DNA of 64,000 bases from Candidatus Yanofskybacteria bacterium (GCA_016181175.1 JACOZV010000001.1:4643-68642); one strand, 5' to 3'; positions 28,205-38,093 are shown, counted from the stretch's first letter. Program-made: numbers and translations. The notes: a model not told the origin generated them from the sequence alone.

Positions 28205-29398
28205 ATGACAAAAACGGTTACCGACGAAAACAAAATAAATGAGTTTTTGAACTCAAGATACATTGAGGCGGTTTTTCCGTCTAAGGAGAGGGTGGCAGAA
28301 ATGATGACGGCAGGAAAGCGATTGGTTTTTTATTGGGGGATAGACCCGACCGGGCCGGATGTGCATTTGGGGCACACAACAAATGCATTTATTATGAAAA
28401 AGTTATCTGAATTTGGACACAAAATAATTATTCTAATCGGAGATTTTACGGCAACCATTGGTGATCCCACAGACAAGGAAGCTGTACGAAAATCGTTAAC
28501 AGAAAAAGAAGTCAAAGAAAATATGAAAACCTATTTAGGGCAGATATATAAAATTTTATCCAAAGGATCATTTAAAGTTAGATATAACTCGAAATGGTAT
28601 AGTAAAATGTTTTATAAAGATTGGTTGAAAGTAGCAATGAAGTTTACCCAACAACAAATGATTGCAAGAGACATGTTTCAGGAACGGCTTAAAAAAAACA
28701 AGCCAATCGGGATGCACGAGTTTGATTATCCAATGATGCAGGGCTACGACTCGGTAGTGATGAACGTAGACGGTGAGGTAGGGGGGAATGACCAGACATT
28801 TAATATGTTGGTAGGACGAGATTTGGTAAAAGATTTTTTGGGCAAAGAAAAGATTGTAATAACGACGCGGTTATTGGAGGACTCTATAACCAGAAAGAAA
28901 ATTATGAATAAAAGCGAGGGACAATATATTTCTTTGAACGATTCAGCGGAAAATATGTTCGGCAAAATTATGGCTATGCCAGATTCAGCGATATTGCCCT
29001 TATTCAGTTATGCTACCGAAATTACAGATGGTAAAATCGGTGAAATAAAATCGCGTCTTAAAGGCGGAGAAAATCCGATGGTTACCAAAAAAGAGTTAGC
29101 TTTTGAGGTGGTCAAAATGTATCATGGAGAAAAGACTGCAAAAAAAGAGGAAGAAAGTTTTGAGAAAGTATATTCGAACGGGCAACTTCCGGAAGATATC
29201 AAAGAAGTCGAGAATGGCGGTACGATTCTCCAAACGATGGTGGCAGCTGGCGTAGTAATTTCAAGTTCGGAGGGTAAAAGATTGATAGACCAGGGCGCCG
29301 TAAAAATTAGTGATCAAACTGTGAGTCGGTGGGATCAAGAAGTAAAATCGGGCGATGTTGTAAAAGTTGGACCCCATAAGTTTTTTAAACTAAAATAA
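28205..29398 (+). CDS. tyrS: Tyrosine--tRNA ligase
   Basis: GIDPTGPDVHLGH, YPMMQGYD, GGNDQTFN, IMNKS (KMSKS variant), C-terminal S4 domain. Confidence 0.95.
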   Translation: MTKTVTDENKINEFLNSRYIEAVFPSKERVAEMMTAGKRLVFYWGIDPTGPDVHLGHTTNAFIMKKLSEFGHKIIILIGDFTATIGDPTDKEAVRKSLTEKEVKENMKTYLGQIYKILSKGSFKVRYNSKWYSKMFYKDWLKVAMKFTQQQMIARDMFQERLKKNKPIGMHEFDYPMMQGYDSVVMNVDGEVGGNDQTFNMLVGRDLVKDFLGKEKIVITTRLLEDSITRKKIMNKSEGQYISLNDSAENMFGKIMAMPDSAILPLFSYATEITDGKIGEIKSRLKGGENPMVTKKELAFEVVKMYHGEKTAKKEEESFEKVYSNGQLPEDIKEVENGGTILQTMVAAGVVISSSEGKRLIDQGAVKISDQTVSRWDQEVKSGDVVKVGPHKFFKLK

Positions 29399-29428
29399 AA
29401 AACCACCGAGCATAGCTCGGTGGTTTTT
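29396..29428. terminator. Bidirectional intrinsic terminator
   Basis: AAAAACCACCGAGC-ATA-GCTCGGTGGTTTTT between convergent genes. Confidence 0.8.
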
Positions 29429-29432
29429 CTAA

Positions 29433-29564
29433 TTACAGCGTTATCTCCTCTTTTTCTTCTTCTTCTGCGTCCGCTGTTTCACCCTCGGCGGTTACGCCGG
29501 TGGTTTCGTCTTTCTCTACGCCTAATTCGTCGGCGTCGATAAGACTGTATTTGATATCATTCAT
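29433..29564 (-). CDS. 43-aa very acidic miniprotein
   Basis: SD GGGAGGT before ATG 29564; MNDIKYSLIDADELGVEKDETTGVTAEGETADAEEEEKEEITL. Confidence 0.65.
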   Translation of the reverse strand: MNDIKYSLIDADELGVEKDETTGVTAEGETADAEEEEKEEITL

Positions 29565-29671
29565 AACGACCTCCCGAATTTTGCTTCTGTCCGCTGATTT
29601 CCCAAAATGGGTAACCCCCGAAATAATAGGCAAAATTGGGCTAAAGTTAACTAGGAGTATAGGTTCGAAAC

Positions 29672-30154
29672 CTACACTTCCGTGTATACTACCGTATTCG
29701 CGCAACAAATTGCAATAGCCAAAGCATCGGCAACATCATCTGGCCTTGGGATAGTCTTTAGTTCAAGTATCAGCTTTACCATATTTTGCACCTGCGTTTT
29801 TTCAGCTCGTCCGTAGCTGGCAACCGCTTGTTTAACCTGTAGCGGGGTGAATTCTGCAATTTCAATGCCGTTTTTAGCGGCGGTATACATTAACACGCCT
29901 CTAATTTCACTTACCTTGATTACCGTCTTGGCGTTTTTAAAGAAAAACAAACTTTCAAGCGCGATTTTATCAGGTTTATATTTTTTAACTAATTTGTCAA
30001 AAAAATTATAGACATCAACGACGCGGTCGCTATTTTTTATGTTTACCCCCGTTTTAAAATCGCCGAAATTAACGGCCTTATAATTTTTGCCGCTTACGTC
30101 TACAATGCCGTAGCCAATAAGTGAAGTACCGGGATCGATGCCTAATATGCGCAT
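29672..30154 (-). CDS. ruvC: Holliday junction resolvase RuvC
   Basis: ILGIDPG, ESLFF, TPLQVKQAV, DDVADALAIA. Confidence 0.97.
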   Translation of the reverse strand: MRILGIDPGTSLIGYGIVDVSGKNYKAVNFGDFKTGVNIKNSDRVVDVYNFFDKLVKKYKPDKIALESLFFFKNAKTVIKVSEIRGVLMYTAAKNGIEIAEFTPLQVKQAVASYGRAEKTQVQNMVKLILELKTIPRPDDVADALAIAICCANTVVYTEV

Positions 30155-30155
30155 A

Positions 30156-30276
30156 ACTAAAATTTCTAATTAATCTAATTACTAATTGATCTAAATAAAC
30201 CTCCAGTATCTAATCCCCAATTAGTTATTAGTCATTTGTTATTATTCGGTAATTAGAGCAATTAGAAATTAGAAAT
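30156..30276. repeat. Inverted degenerate heptamer repeats
   Basis: CTAATTA repeats on the left; ATTAGAG/ATTAGAA repeats on the right. Confidence 0.65.
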
Positions 30277-30810
30277 TTACAAATTTGGCTCAGCCAAATT
30301 TGTGTACACATTTTCCACATCCTCATTATTGTCTAGCGCTTCAAAAAGTTTATCCAGTTTTTGATGGATTTCGGGGGCAGTTTCAATCGGAGCGTGAGGG
30401 TTCCAGTTTTTATCAAACATCCAGTTAAGTGAATTTTCTGGCACCATTTTAATTTCATGTTCCGCAAGAATGTGTTTGATTTCATTTACGGTCCGATTTT
30501 TATTATCAGTTATAGCTATAATTATAAGAGCAATACCGGCTGGTCCCATGGTTTGTATTACTAACTCATTCAGCGCAGTAGTGTCTTTATCGCCGGCTTT
30601 TTTTATTGCCCGTTCAATATTATCCTTTGGCATATTGAGAACTCGCGCTTCGTCAATAACAGATTGAAGTTTGTAATTAGTGGAAGGATCCATACCTTCA
30701 CGTGCGGCAACTGATATTTTCTTTGCCAACTTACTAAAAAGTTGACCCTTTTTCTGGTCGCTGATTCCTTTTTTGTGTTTTATCTGACTCCATTTAGAAT
30801 GCCCGGACAT
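30277..30810 (-). CDS. yebC: YebC/PmpR family protein (shortened)
   Basis: MSGHSKWSQIKHKK, NMPKDNIERAI, TDNKNRT, DVENVYTN. Confidence 0.93.
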   Translation of the reverse strand: MSGHSKWSQIKHKKGISDQKKGQLFSKLAKKISVAAREGMDPSTNYKLQSVIDEARVLNMPKDNIERAIKKAGDKDTTALNELVIQTMGPAGIALIIIAITDNKNRTVNEIKHILAEHEIKMVPENSLNWMFDKNWNPHAPIETAPEIHQKLDKLFEALDNNEDVENVYTNLAEPNL

Positions 30811-30819
30811 ATTGCTAAG

Positions 30820-31494
30820 TTATCGCTCTATAATAACCATTTGCAGTGATTTTGAGAAGCTTTGTTCGTTTTTGGAACAATTTATATCTATGTTTGCCGT
30901 TCCCGGTGTTGTGTTCCAGTTAATTTTCCACGACCAAGTTATGGTCCCGGAATTATCGGCTAGCTTATCTTCAAGTCCTTTAGCGTTTGATTGATTGCCG
31001 CTTGGCAGGGTAACCGTAATATCACATTTGGCTTCTGGCGCAGTTTTTATATCAAGTTGAGCGGTGTCATTTTGTTTAACCGGAGAAGTTATAGAAACGA
31101 CGATTATTTCATTAGTTTGTTGTGTAGGTTGTGGAGTTAGTGTCAGGGTAGGTGTCGGTGTAGGGGATGAGACTTGCCCTGATAGGGGCAGGCCACTGTT
31201 AGTAGCCGCCGGTTCTAATGGGGTTGGCGTAGGAGTTGACGAAACAACTGGTGAAGGAGTAGGTATAGGCGTAGTCGCAAAGGATGAAATTGGCGATGGA
31301 GTGTACGTTTTAGTAGCAGTTTTATTGGGTTTGGTTGCGAGTTTAGGCGTCGGAGTTTTAGTTGAATATTGATTTTGGATATTTTGAATAATTTGAGCGT
31401 AATTTTCTTCCTTCGGTCCGGCTTTATAATTTTCAAACAAAAACAATCCGCCAATTGTAACCCCAAAAGTTATAGCCGCTAGTAATAATCGCAT
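30820..31494 (-). CDS. Membrane-anchored protein with a Pro/Thr linker and Ig-like C-domain
   Basis: N-terminal TM; PTPTP repeats; beta-rich C-terminus with a Cys pair. Confidence 0.75.
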   Translation of the reverse strand: MRLLLAAITFGVTIGGLFLFENYKAGPKEENYAQIIQNIQNQYSTKTPTPKLATKPNKTATKTYTPSPISSFATTPIPTPSPVVSSTPTPTPLEPAATNSGLPLSGQVSSPTPTPTLTLTPQPTQQTNEIIVVSITSPVKQNDTAQLDIKTAPEAKCDITVTLPSGNQSNAKGLEDKLADNSGTITWSWKINWNTTPGTANIDINCSKNEQSFSKSLQMVIIER

Positions 31495-31528
31495 GCCGGC
31501 AATATAGCAATTAATCTAATTTTTGCAA

Positions 31529-32557
31529 CTAAATCAAAGATCCTTGCGAGTCCTTTTTTTGAGCAAGCCCCAAATGTTTGGCGGCGAGGTCGGTGAGCAT
31601 GCGGCCGCGGGAGGTGCGGGCGAGGAAACCAATTTGCATAAGATATGGTTCGTAGACGTCTTCAATTGTATCTTCTTCTTCAGCAATAGCGGCGGCGATT
31701 GATTTGAGTCCAACCGGACCACCAGCGAAGTTTTTGTGTATCAAGGTTAATATCTTGCGGTCTGTAGCATCAAGCCCCAACTCATCAATGCCGAGTAGTT
31801 CCAAAGCCTTGTTTGCAAACGCACTAGTCAAGACAGGTGAGTCCTGTACCTGCGCATAGTCACGTACGCGTTTAAGCAATCTGTTGGCAATGCGTGGCGT
31901 AAATCGTGAGGCGGCGGCAATTTTATCTATCGCATCCTTGTCTACCTCAATTTTTAGTAATTTGGCGGAACGTCGCAGTATTTTTTGCACTTCTTCTTTA
32001 TTGTAAAAATCTAATTTGTAGTGAGCTCCGAATCGGGAACGAAAAGGGTTGGACAGAAGCGAGATGCGCGTGGTGGCTGCAATCAAAGTGAAACGTGGGA
32101 GCTTAACCTGTAATGTTTTGGCCGAAGTTCCTTTGCCGATAATTATATCAAGGCAGTAGTTTTCCATTGCCGGATACAAGGTCTCTTCAACTGTTTTATT
32201 TAGCCTGTGTACTTCGTCAATAAACAGAAAGTCGCCGTCAGATAGTCCTGTGAGAATAGATCCGATGTCTCCAGCTTTTTCCAGTGCTGCACCGGAAGTT
32301 ATACGGATGCCGGCGCCAGATTCCTTGGCAATCAAATAAGCAAGAGTGGTTTTTCCAAGACCGGAGGGTCCATGTATCAGAATATGTTCAAGCGGTTCTT
32401 TGCGCTTTTTGGCCGCGCCGATTAATATAGCTAGATTTTCTTTAACATTTTCTTGACCTACGTATTCGTCAAATCGTGTTGGTCTCAAAGCCAAATCCAA
32501 AACCTGATCGTCCTGATCATGTGAAGTTGTTAGGTTAGGTTTTGGAGGGATTGACAT
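31529..32557 (-). CDS. ruvB: Holliday junction branch migration ATPase RuvB
   Basis: LRPTRFDEYVGQ, GPSGLGKTT, FIDEVHRL, YEPYLMQ, RTSRGR. Confidence 0.97.
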   Translation of the reverse strand: MSIPPKPNLTTSHDQDDQVLDLALRPTRFDEYVGQENVKENLAILIGAAKKRKEPLEHILIHGPSGLGKTTLAYLIAKESGAGIRITSGAALEKAGDIGSILTGLSDGDFLFIDEVHRLNKTVEETLYPAMENYCLDIIIGKGTSAKTLQVKLPRFTLIAATTRISLLSNPFRSRFGAHYKLDFYNKEEVQKILRRSAKLLKIEVDKDAIDKIAAASRFTPRIANRLLKRVRDYAQVQDSPVLTSAFANKALELLGIDELGLDATDRKILTLIHKNFAGGPVGLKSIAAAIAEEEDTIEDVYEPYLMQIGFLARTSRGRMLTDLAAKHLGLAQKKDSQGSLI

Positions 32558-32628
32558 TAAATGTTTTTATCTATAGAATACTAATATAATCCCTATAGGG
32601 TTCATAGGGATTTTTGATGGCTATTGAC

Positions 32629-32784
32629 CCCTATAATCTGTAGGCAATTGAGCTGTTTGGGTAACCTTCTGGCTCAATCGGAGCATTTTCGCAGATGGTT
32701 AATTTGGCTCCGGCTGGTTTATACCTCGGTACTGCTCTACCCCGGGTTTCCTTAAGTCTGGGTTTTGCCTACAGGTTATAAGGG
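32629..32784. other. Multibranch structured intergenic element, candidate ncRNA
   Basis: Closing IR CCCTATAATCTGTAGGCAA / TTGCCTACAGGTTATAAGGG encloses at least three hairpins. Confidence 0.5.
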
Positions 32785-32808
32785 TTTAGAAGCTATTCTA
32801 AAACTGTC

Positions 32809-34476
32809 TTATTCTCCTATAACCCGCATAACTTCTTCTATAGATGTGGTCCCGTCTAGTACTTTTAATAGTCCATCTTGTAATAATGTAATCATTCCTT
32901 TTTTCACAGCTAAGCCGTGGACTTCTGATATCGCCGGTGATGTTAGAATTAGTTTTTCCATTTCGTCGTCAATCTCAAATAATTCATAAATGCCAACCCT
33001 GCCTTGATAGCCGGTATTATTGCATTCTTGACATTGTTGAGGATAAAATATTTCCAGTGATTCATTCAATTTCGGTATTTCCATATTTTTTGGTAAAACA
33101 GCAAGATATTTTTTAAGCAACTCCAAATCTTCTTTGCTGATTTTCTCTTTTTTCTTACATTTTTGGCAAAGCCGTCTGACTAATCTTTGAGCCATTGCGG
33201 CATTAATTGCTGGGGCAATCGTTATCGGTCTTACACCCAAATCTATTAGCCGTGGAATTGTTCCAGAGGCGTTGTTAGTGTGCAACGTTGAAAAAACCAA
33301 ATGTCCCGTGAGTGCCGCCTGCATGGCAATTTCCGCAGTCTCCACGTCGCGTATTTCGCCTACCAGTATCACGTCGGGATCTTGTCGGACGATTGAACGC
33401 AGGCCGCCAGCAAAAGTATAGCCGGCTTTTGGATCAACTTGCGTTTGTGAAACGCCTTCAACATGGTACTCAATTGGATCTTCTATGGTAATTATTTTTA
33501 CATCAGACTTGTTAACATGTTTTATGAAAGCGTAAAGAGTTGTCGTTTTGCCGGAACCAGTCGGGCCGGTTGTAAGTATCGCACCGCTGGTTTTTTCAAG
33601 GAGTTTTTTAATCTGTTCCAATATGTCTTCCCTCATGCCCAAATCCTCAAGTTTTTGCTTGATAGTCGTGGGATCCAATATGCGCATGACGATATTTTCA
33701 CCGTAATTTCCCGGCAAAATTGAAACCCTGACTTCTATGTCTTGACCCTCTCTTCTTACGGTGAAGCGTCCATCTTGCGGTGAGTCGTGAATGTTTATTT
33801 TTAAGCCAGACAGCAACTTAATACGCGAAAGGATATTCGGGTAGCCCTCCGTGGAGAAATCAACAACATCGCTTAACACGCCGTCGAGCCTATAGCGCAG
33901 GCGTATTACTTTTTCTTCTGGTTCAAAATGTATATCCGAAGCCTTTATCTTAAGCGCGCCGGCTATTAATATATCAAGAACCTTAGTTATCGGCAGGGCA
34001 GTAAGCCGCTCTTTCAGATCAGCTATGTCTTTTATTTGTTTTTCTATATCTGATAGTTCATTTTCTTTGAGAGTGACCACTCCGTGTGTTTCTTCTGTCC
34101 GTTCTTTTTTCTCGCGGTATCTTTGCCAAGCCGTTTCTAAACTTAGCGGAGATGTTATCACCAGTCCATAAGCATATCCCTGTGTTTTCAGTTTATTTAA
34201 GATAAGTTGTGTTTGTTGGTTTTGCGGGTCAGAAACGGCAATTTTAAGATTTTGTCCAGTTTTTGACAGCACTACCAACTGGCCGCTGCGAGCATCTTTT
34301 TCATCCACGATTAAAACAGCATTAGTATCAATGGGAAATATTTTAAGGTCAGCATAAGGCAAACTTGATTTTTGAGCGGTTGCTTTTGTTTCTTCCTCAA
34401 TTTTTTGTACCTGAATAGAGGAAAGTTTTTCTTCCAGTTCCTTTTCCAAGTCTTGTTTTGTGGATATTTGTGCCAC
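32809..34476 (-). CDS. pilB: Type IV pilus assembly ATPase PilB (GspE family)
   Basis: ASDIHFEP, PQDGRF, GPTGSGKTT, RQDPDVILVGEIRD, LTGHLVFSTLHTN, paired CxxC. Confidence 0.92.
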   Translation of the reverse strand: MAQISTKQDLEKELEEKLSSIQVQKIEEETKATAQKSSLPYADLKIFPIDTNAVLIVDEKDARSGQLVVLSKTGQNLKIAVSDPQNQQTQLILNKLKTQGYAYGLVITSPLSLETAWQRYREKKERTEETHGVVTLKENELSDIEKQIKDIADLKERLTALPITKVLDILIAGALKIKASDIHFEPEEKVIRLRYRLDGVLSDVVDFSTEGYPNILSRIKLLSGLKINIHDSPQDGRFTVRREGQDIEVRVSILPGNYGENIVMRILDPTTIKQKLEDLGMREDILEQIKKLLEKTSGAILTTGPTGSGKTTTLYAFIKHVNKSDVKIITIEDPIEYHVEGVSQTQVDPKAGYTFAGGLRSIVRQDPDVILVGEIRDVETAEIAMQAALTGHLVFSTLHTNNASGTIPRLIDLGVRPITIAPAINAAMAQRLVRRLCQKCKKKEKISKEDLELLKKYLAVLPKNMEIPKLNESLEIFYPQQCQECNNTGYQGRVGIYELFEIDDEMEKLILTSPAISEVHGLAVKKGMITLLQDGLLKVLDGTTSIEEVMRVIGE

Positions 34477-34771
34477 GTATTAATTTTAACACTTTTAAAT
34501 TATTTTGTTTTCAACATACGAGATATGTAACCCTTTGGTTTAGCAATAACGGGAATCATGGTCAATTGTTGATAATGTGATAAGCTGTTGATAATAATTT
34601 AATTAAATAAAAAAACGGCCGGGGCGAGCGGGGGATTAAAAATTAACCGTCAAAATCTATAAGCTGTTGACTTGTGACCGATGCCTTGCTATAATGAAAT
34701 TTAAGGTTGATATTGACTGATGTTGTCCGCAAGAAAGGCGGGCATTTTCATTAGCCATTACCATTTTTAAA

Positions 34772-36139
34772 ATGCTAGATACAAAACAATTTATATCAGC
34801 GATTAAACAAATTGCTGAGGAAAAAGGTATACCAGAAGATAAGGTCGTAGAAACCATTGAGGCCGCAATTGCCGCAGCCTATAAAAGAGACTATGGCGAG
34901 AAAGGTCAGATTATCAGGGCAAAATTAAACCAGGAAACTGGCGATGTTAAGATTACCCAGATTAAATATGTGGTTGAAGGGGCGGATGAGGAGGGTAATG
35001 TAATAGGTGAAGTTCCAGACCGACCCGAAGCAGTGGAGCTTCAAAGGATACAAAAAGATGCTGAGTTTTCTCAAAGAAGAACCGATGTCAAAAAGGGTGA
35101 GCCTGTTGAGGGTGGCGAAGCTGAAGAAGACGGTAAAATAAAATTTAATCCCGAAAAATATCTTACCCTTGAAGAAGCTAAGAAGATAAACAAGAAGCTG
35201 AAGGTGGGTGATGAGGTGGTAATCGAACGTGAATCCAAAACTGATTTTGGAAGGATTGCGGCCCAAACTGCTAAGCAAGTTATAATCCAGAGGCTACGAG
35301 AGGTAGAAAGGGAAGCAATTTTTGCAGAATTTAAGAAAAAAGAAAACGAAGTTGTTTCCGGCGTCGTTCAGAGGGTGGAAGGTAGTATGGTTTACATTGA
35401 TTTGGGCAGGACTAACGGTTTGCTTATTCCGGCTGAGCAACTCTATCAGGAAAATTATCGGATAGGGCAGCGTTTAAGGTTTTTAATACTAAGAGTAGAG
35501 GAAACCAACCGTGGACCGGTTGTGCTATTATCTCGCTCTCATCCAACATTGGTATTAAAGTTATTTGAGTTCGAAGTTCCCGAAATTGATGCTGGAAGCG
35601 TGGAAATCAAAGCTATCGCCAGAGAAGCAGGCTCAAGATCAAAAATTGCAGTTATATCAAACGAGGAAGGTGTCGATCCTATTGGTTCCCTGGTTGGTCA
35701 AAAGGGAGTGCGTGTTCAGACAGTAATCAACGAATTGGGCGGTGAGAAAGTTGATATTATTGAATGGAACGATGATTCAGCAAAATTTATTTCGAATGCT
35801 TTGTCACCAGCTAAAATTATTGACGTAAAAATATTGGACGAACAAAAACGTCATGCTTTGGTAGAGGTAGCTGATGACCAATTTTCTTTGGCAATTGGTA
35901 AAAAGGGTCAGAATGTCCGTTTGGCAGCCAAGCTTACAGGCTGGAAAATTGACGTCCGTGCGCCACAGGCCAAGATGACTCTTGAAGTTGCTGAAGCTGA
36001 AAAAGAGGGAGAGGTGCAGAAAACCGAAGTTCTAAGTGCCGAACCCGTAGAAGTTAAGGACGAACAAGAAAAAAGTGAAGAACCTAAAAAAGAGTCAGAA
36101 AAACCCAAAAAAGCCAAGAAAAAGAAAAAAGAGGAATAA
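34772..36139 (+). CDS. nusA: Transcription termination factor NusA
   Basis: FGRIAAQTAKQVIIQ, AREAGSRSKIAV, LAIGKKGQNVRLAAKLTGWKID. Confidence 0.97.
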   Translation: MLDTKQFISAIKQIAEEKGIPEDKVVETIEAAIAAAYKRDYGEKGQIIRAKLNQETGDVKITQIKYVVEGADEEGNVIGEVPDRPEAVELQRIQKDAEFSQRRTDVKKGEPVEGGEAEEDGKIKFNPEKYLTLEEAKKINKKLKVGDEVVIERESKTDFGRIAAQTAKQVIIQRLREVEREAIFAEFKKKENEVVSGVVQRVEGSMVYIDLGRTNGLLIPAEQLYQENYRIGQRLRFLILRVEETNRGPVVLLSRSHPTLVLKLFEFEVPEIDAGSVEIKAIAREAGSRSKIAVISNEEGVDPIGSLVGQKGVRVQTVINELGGEKVDIIEWNDDSAKFISNALSPAKIIDVKILDEQKRHALVEVADDQFSLAIGKKGQNVRLAAKLTGWKIDVRAPQAKMTLEVAEAEKEGEVQKTEVLSAEPVEVKDEQEKSEEPKKESEKPKKAKKKKKEE

Positions 36140-36143
36140 TTAA

Positions 36144-37451
36144 ATGACTTTTGCCGCTAATAAATTAAAAGATTCGCAAGTCCAATTAATCGTAAATCTT
36201 AATAAGGAAGACTTGCTTTTGTATGCGTTAGAAGCAGAAAAAGGGCTAGCCAAAGAAGTAAAAGTTGAAGGGTTTCGGCTGGGTAAGGCGTCAAAGGAAG
36301 CAATACGAAAAAAAGTAGGCGAACAAACAATTCGCGAAGAGGCGCTCAACCTGGCCATCCAGTCCACTATGGCTAAAATATTATCCGAAGAGAAATTTGA
36401 CGTGATGGAACAGTCAGATTTTATGATAAAAGAAAATTCAGCCGATAAATTGATATATCAGATTAGATTGACAGTTTTCCCTGAGGTCAAATTGGGGGAT
36501 TACAAAGGTTTGACAGTAAAAAGAAACTTAATTTCGGTGAATGAAGTCGAAGTTAAAAAGATATTGCAAGAAATTGTCAGCTCCCGGGCTATATTAAAAG
36601 AGGTAAAAAAGCCGGCCAAGACGGGCGATCGCGTGGAGGTGGATTTTTTAGTTAAAGATGCCGGCGCATTAATAGATGGCGGCAAAAGTGAAAATCATCC
36701 TTTAGTAATTGGCGAGGATAAGTTTATTCCTGGTTTTGAAGCCCAAATTATCGGGTTAAAAACCGGTGAAAAAAAGAGTTTTTCACTCAAAATTCCGGAT
36801 GATTTTTATCAGAAATCAATTGCCGGAAAGAATTTAGATTTTGAGATAGTGCTTAAGCGTGTAGAGGAGAGAACCGTGCCGAAGCTGGATGATTCTTTTG
36901 CCAGGAGCCTAGGGCAGTTTCAAATGCTTGCAGAACTTGAGGCTAGCATAAAACAAGGACTGACCCTGGAAAAAGAAGCGAAAGAAAAAGACCGGATGAG
37001 GTTGACCATTTTGAACGAAATAGCCGATAAAACAAAAGTTGACGTTCCGTCGATGCTGGTTGAAAAACACCTGGATTCCATGGTACAGGGGCTAGACAAC
37101 GAATTGCATGAAAAAGGCATGGAACTCGGGTTGTATTTAGCGCACATCAAAAAGACCCAGGAAGATCTTCGCCGTGATTGGCGCAACAAGGCGGAGGAGC
37201 AGGTAAAAATAAGTTTGATAGTTAGGGCAGTTGGCAAAGAGGAACGTTTTGAGGTTAGCGAAAGCGAAATTAACAGAGAGCTGGAACTTGTGCTCCAGCA
37301 ATATATGGCAAGAGGGGGCGCCGACGGTGGACCAGGCGGGCAGGAAATTTTACAAAATATTGATCCGGAGCAGATGAAAAGCAAAATTCATAATGCGTTA
37401 CTCAATGAAAAAGTGTTTGAGTTTTTGGAAAAACACACAAAATTTATTTAA
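36144..37451 (+). CDS. tig: Trigger factor
   Basis: VEGFRLGKA ribosome-binding motif; FKBP domain FIPGFEAQIIG. Confidence 0.95.
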   Translation: MTFAANKLKDSQVQLIVNLNKEDLLLYALEAEKGLAKEVKVEGFRLGKASKEAIRKKVGEQTIREEALNLAIQSTMAKILSEEKFDVMEQSDFMIKENSADKLIYQIRLTVFPEVKLGDYKGLTVKRNLISVNEVEVKKILQEIVSSRAILKEVKKPAKTGDRVEVDFLVKDAGALIDGGKSENHPLVIGEDKFIPGFEAQIIGLKTGEKKSFSLKIPDDFYQKSIAGKNLDFEIVLKRVEERTVPKLDDSFARSLGQFQMLAELEASIKQGLTLEKEAKEKDRMRLTILNEIADKTKVDVPSMLVEKHLDSMVQGLDNELHEKGMELGLYLAHIKKTQEDLRRDWRNKAEEQVKISLIVRAVGKEERFEVSESEINRELELVLQQYMARGGADGGPGGQEILQNIDPEQMKSKIHNALLNEKVFEFLEKHTKFI

Positions 37452-37485
37452 ACTAAAATCCCGCATAAATGCGGGATTTTAGTTT
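37450..37485. terminator. Bidirectional intrinsic terminator
   Basis: AAACTAAAATCCCGCAT-AA-ATGCGGGATTTTAGTTT. Confidence 0.85.
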
Positions 37486-37496
37486 ACTAAAACTTC

Positions 37497-37648
37497 GTGG
37501 GAACCAAGATGGCGATTTTCTATCGGGTTTACCAACAGTTTTCCCTTGCAGTAGAGATAAGGCCGTTTTATTATATAATAGGTCTTATAAGGGTCCCGCT
37601 AGGCGGGACCTGAAGTTACTGCAAAGCCACGCTATCCCAGTAGCCACT
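37497..37648 (-). ncRNA. Candidate 6S-like small RNA
   Basis: Consensus promoter upstream and terminator downstream; 5' GTGGCTACTGGGATAGCG pairs with 3' CGCCATCTTGGTTCCCAC; asymmetric bubble; inner stem TTGCAGTA/TACTGCAA. Confidence 0.55.
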
Positions 37649-37654
37649 ATCTGT

Positions 37655-37683
37655 ATTATACACTTATAATTTATTAATGTCAA
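37655..37683 (-). promoter_or_regulatory. Sigma70-type promoter
   Basis: TTGACA-17 nt-TATAAT on the minus strand. Confidence 0.8.
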
Positions 37684-37715
37684 TAGTAAGAAGTTAAAGA
37701 TTGATTTAGGCCGCT

Positions 37716-38093
37716 ATGTTTACCTCTTCTCGTTATTCATATCTAGCTTTGAGACTTGGCTTAGCTGTGGTTTTTTTGTGGTTCGGTATAGACAAGATGT
37801 TTCGTCCAGCCTATTGGCTTAATGCTTGGGTGCCGCAGAATATTCAGACACTTATAGCGCAGTTTAGCGTTACCGGTTTGCAATTTATTTATCTTAATGG
37901 TATTTTTGAAATTCTTGTTGGATTGAGTTTGATTACCGGAGTGTTTGCCAAATTTTTTTCAGTCTTGGCTATCCTGTTTTTGTTAAGCGTTTTAATTTTT
38001 GTTGGAATAAGCGAGGTGACTGTCCGCGATTTCGCAATGATAGGAGGATTTATAGCAATCGTGTTTTGGCCAAATGGAAATAGAAGATTTTAA
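37716..38093 (+). CDS. DoxX family membrane protein
   Basis: LRLGLAVVFLWFGIDK, GIFEILVGL, VRDF. Confidence 0.85.
   Translation: MFTSSRYSYLALRLGLAVVFLWFGIDKMFRPAYWLNAWVPQNIQTLIAQFSVTGLQFIYLNGIFEILVGLSLITGVFAKFFSVLAILFLLSVLIFVGISEVTVRDFAMIGGFIAIVFWPNGNRRF

Noticed and set aside
32629-32784. c-di-GMP-I riboswitch or SRP RNA call for the structured element
   Set aside because: Only a vague GCAAAAC resemblance; core consensus motifs are missing
37469-37669. 66-aa ORF after tig
   Set aside because: Starts inside a terminator hairpin; the region is better explained as a minus-strand ncRNA
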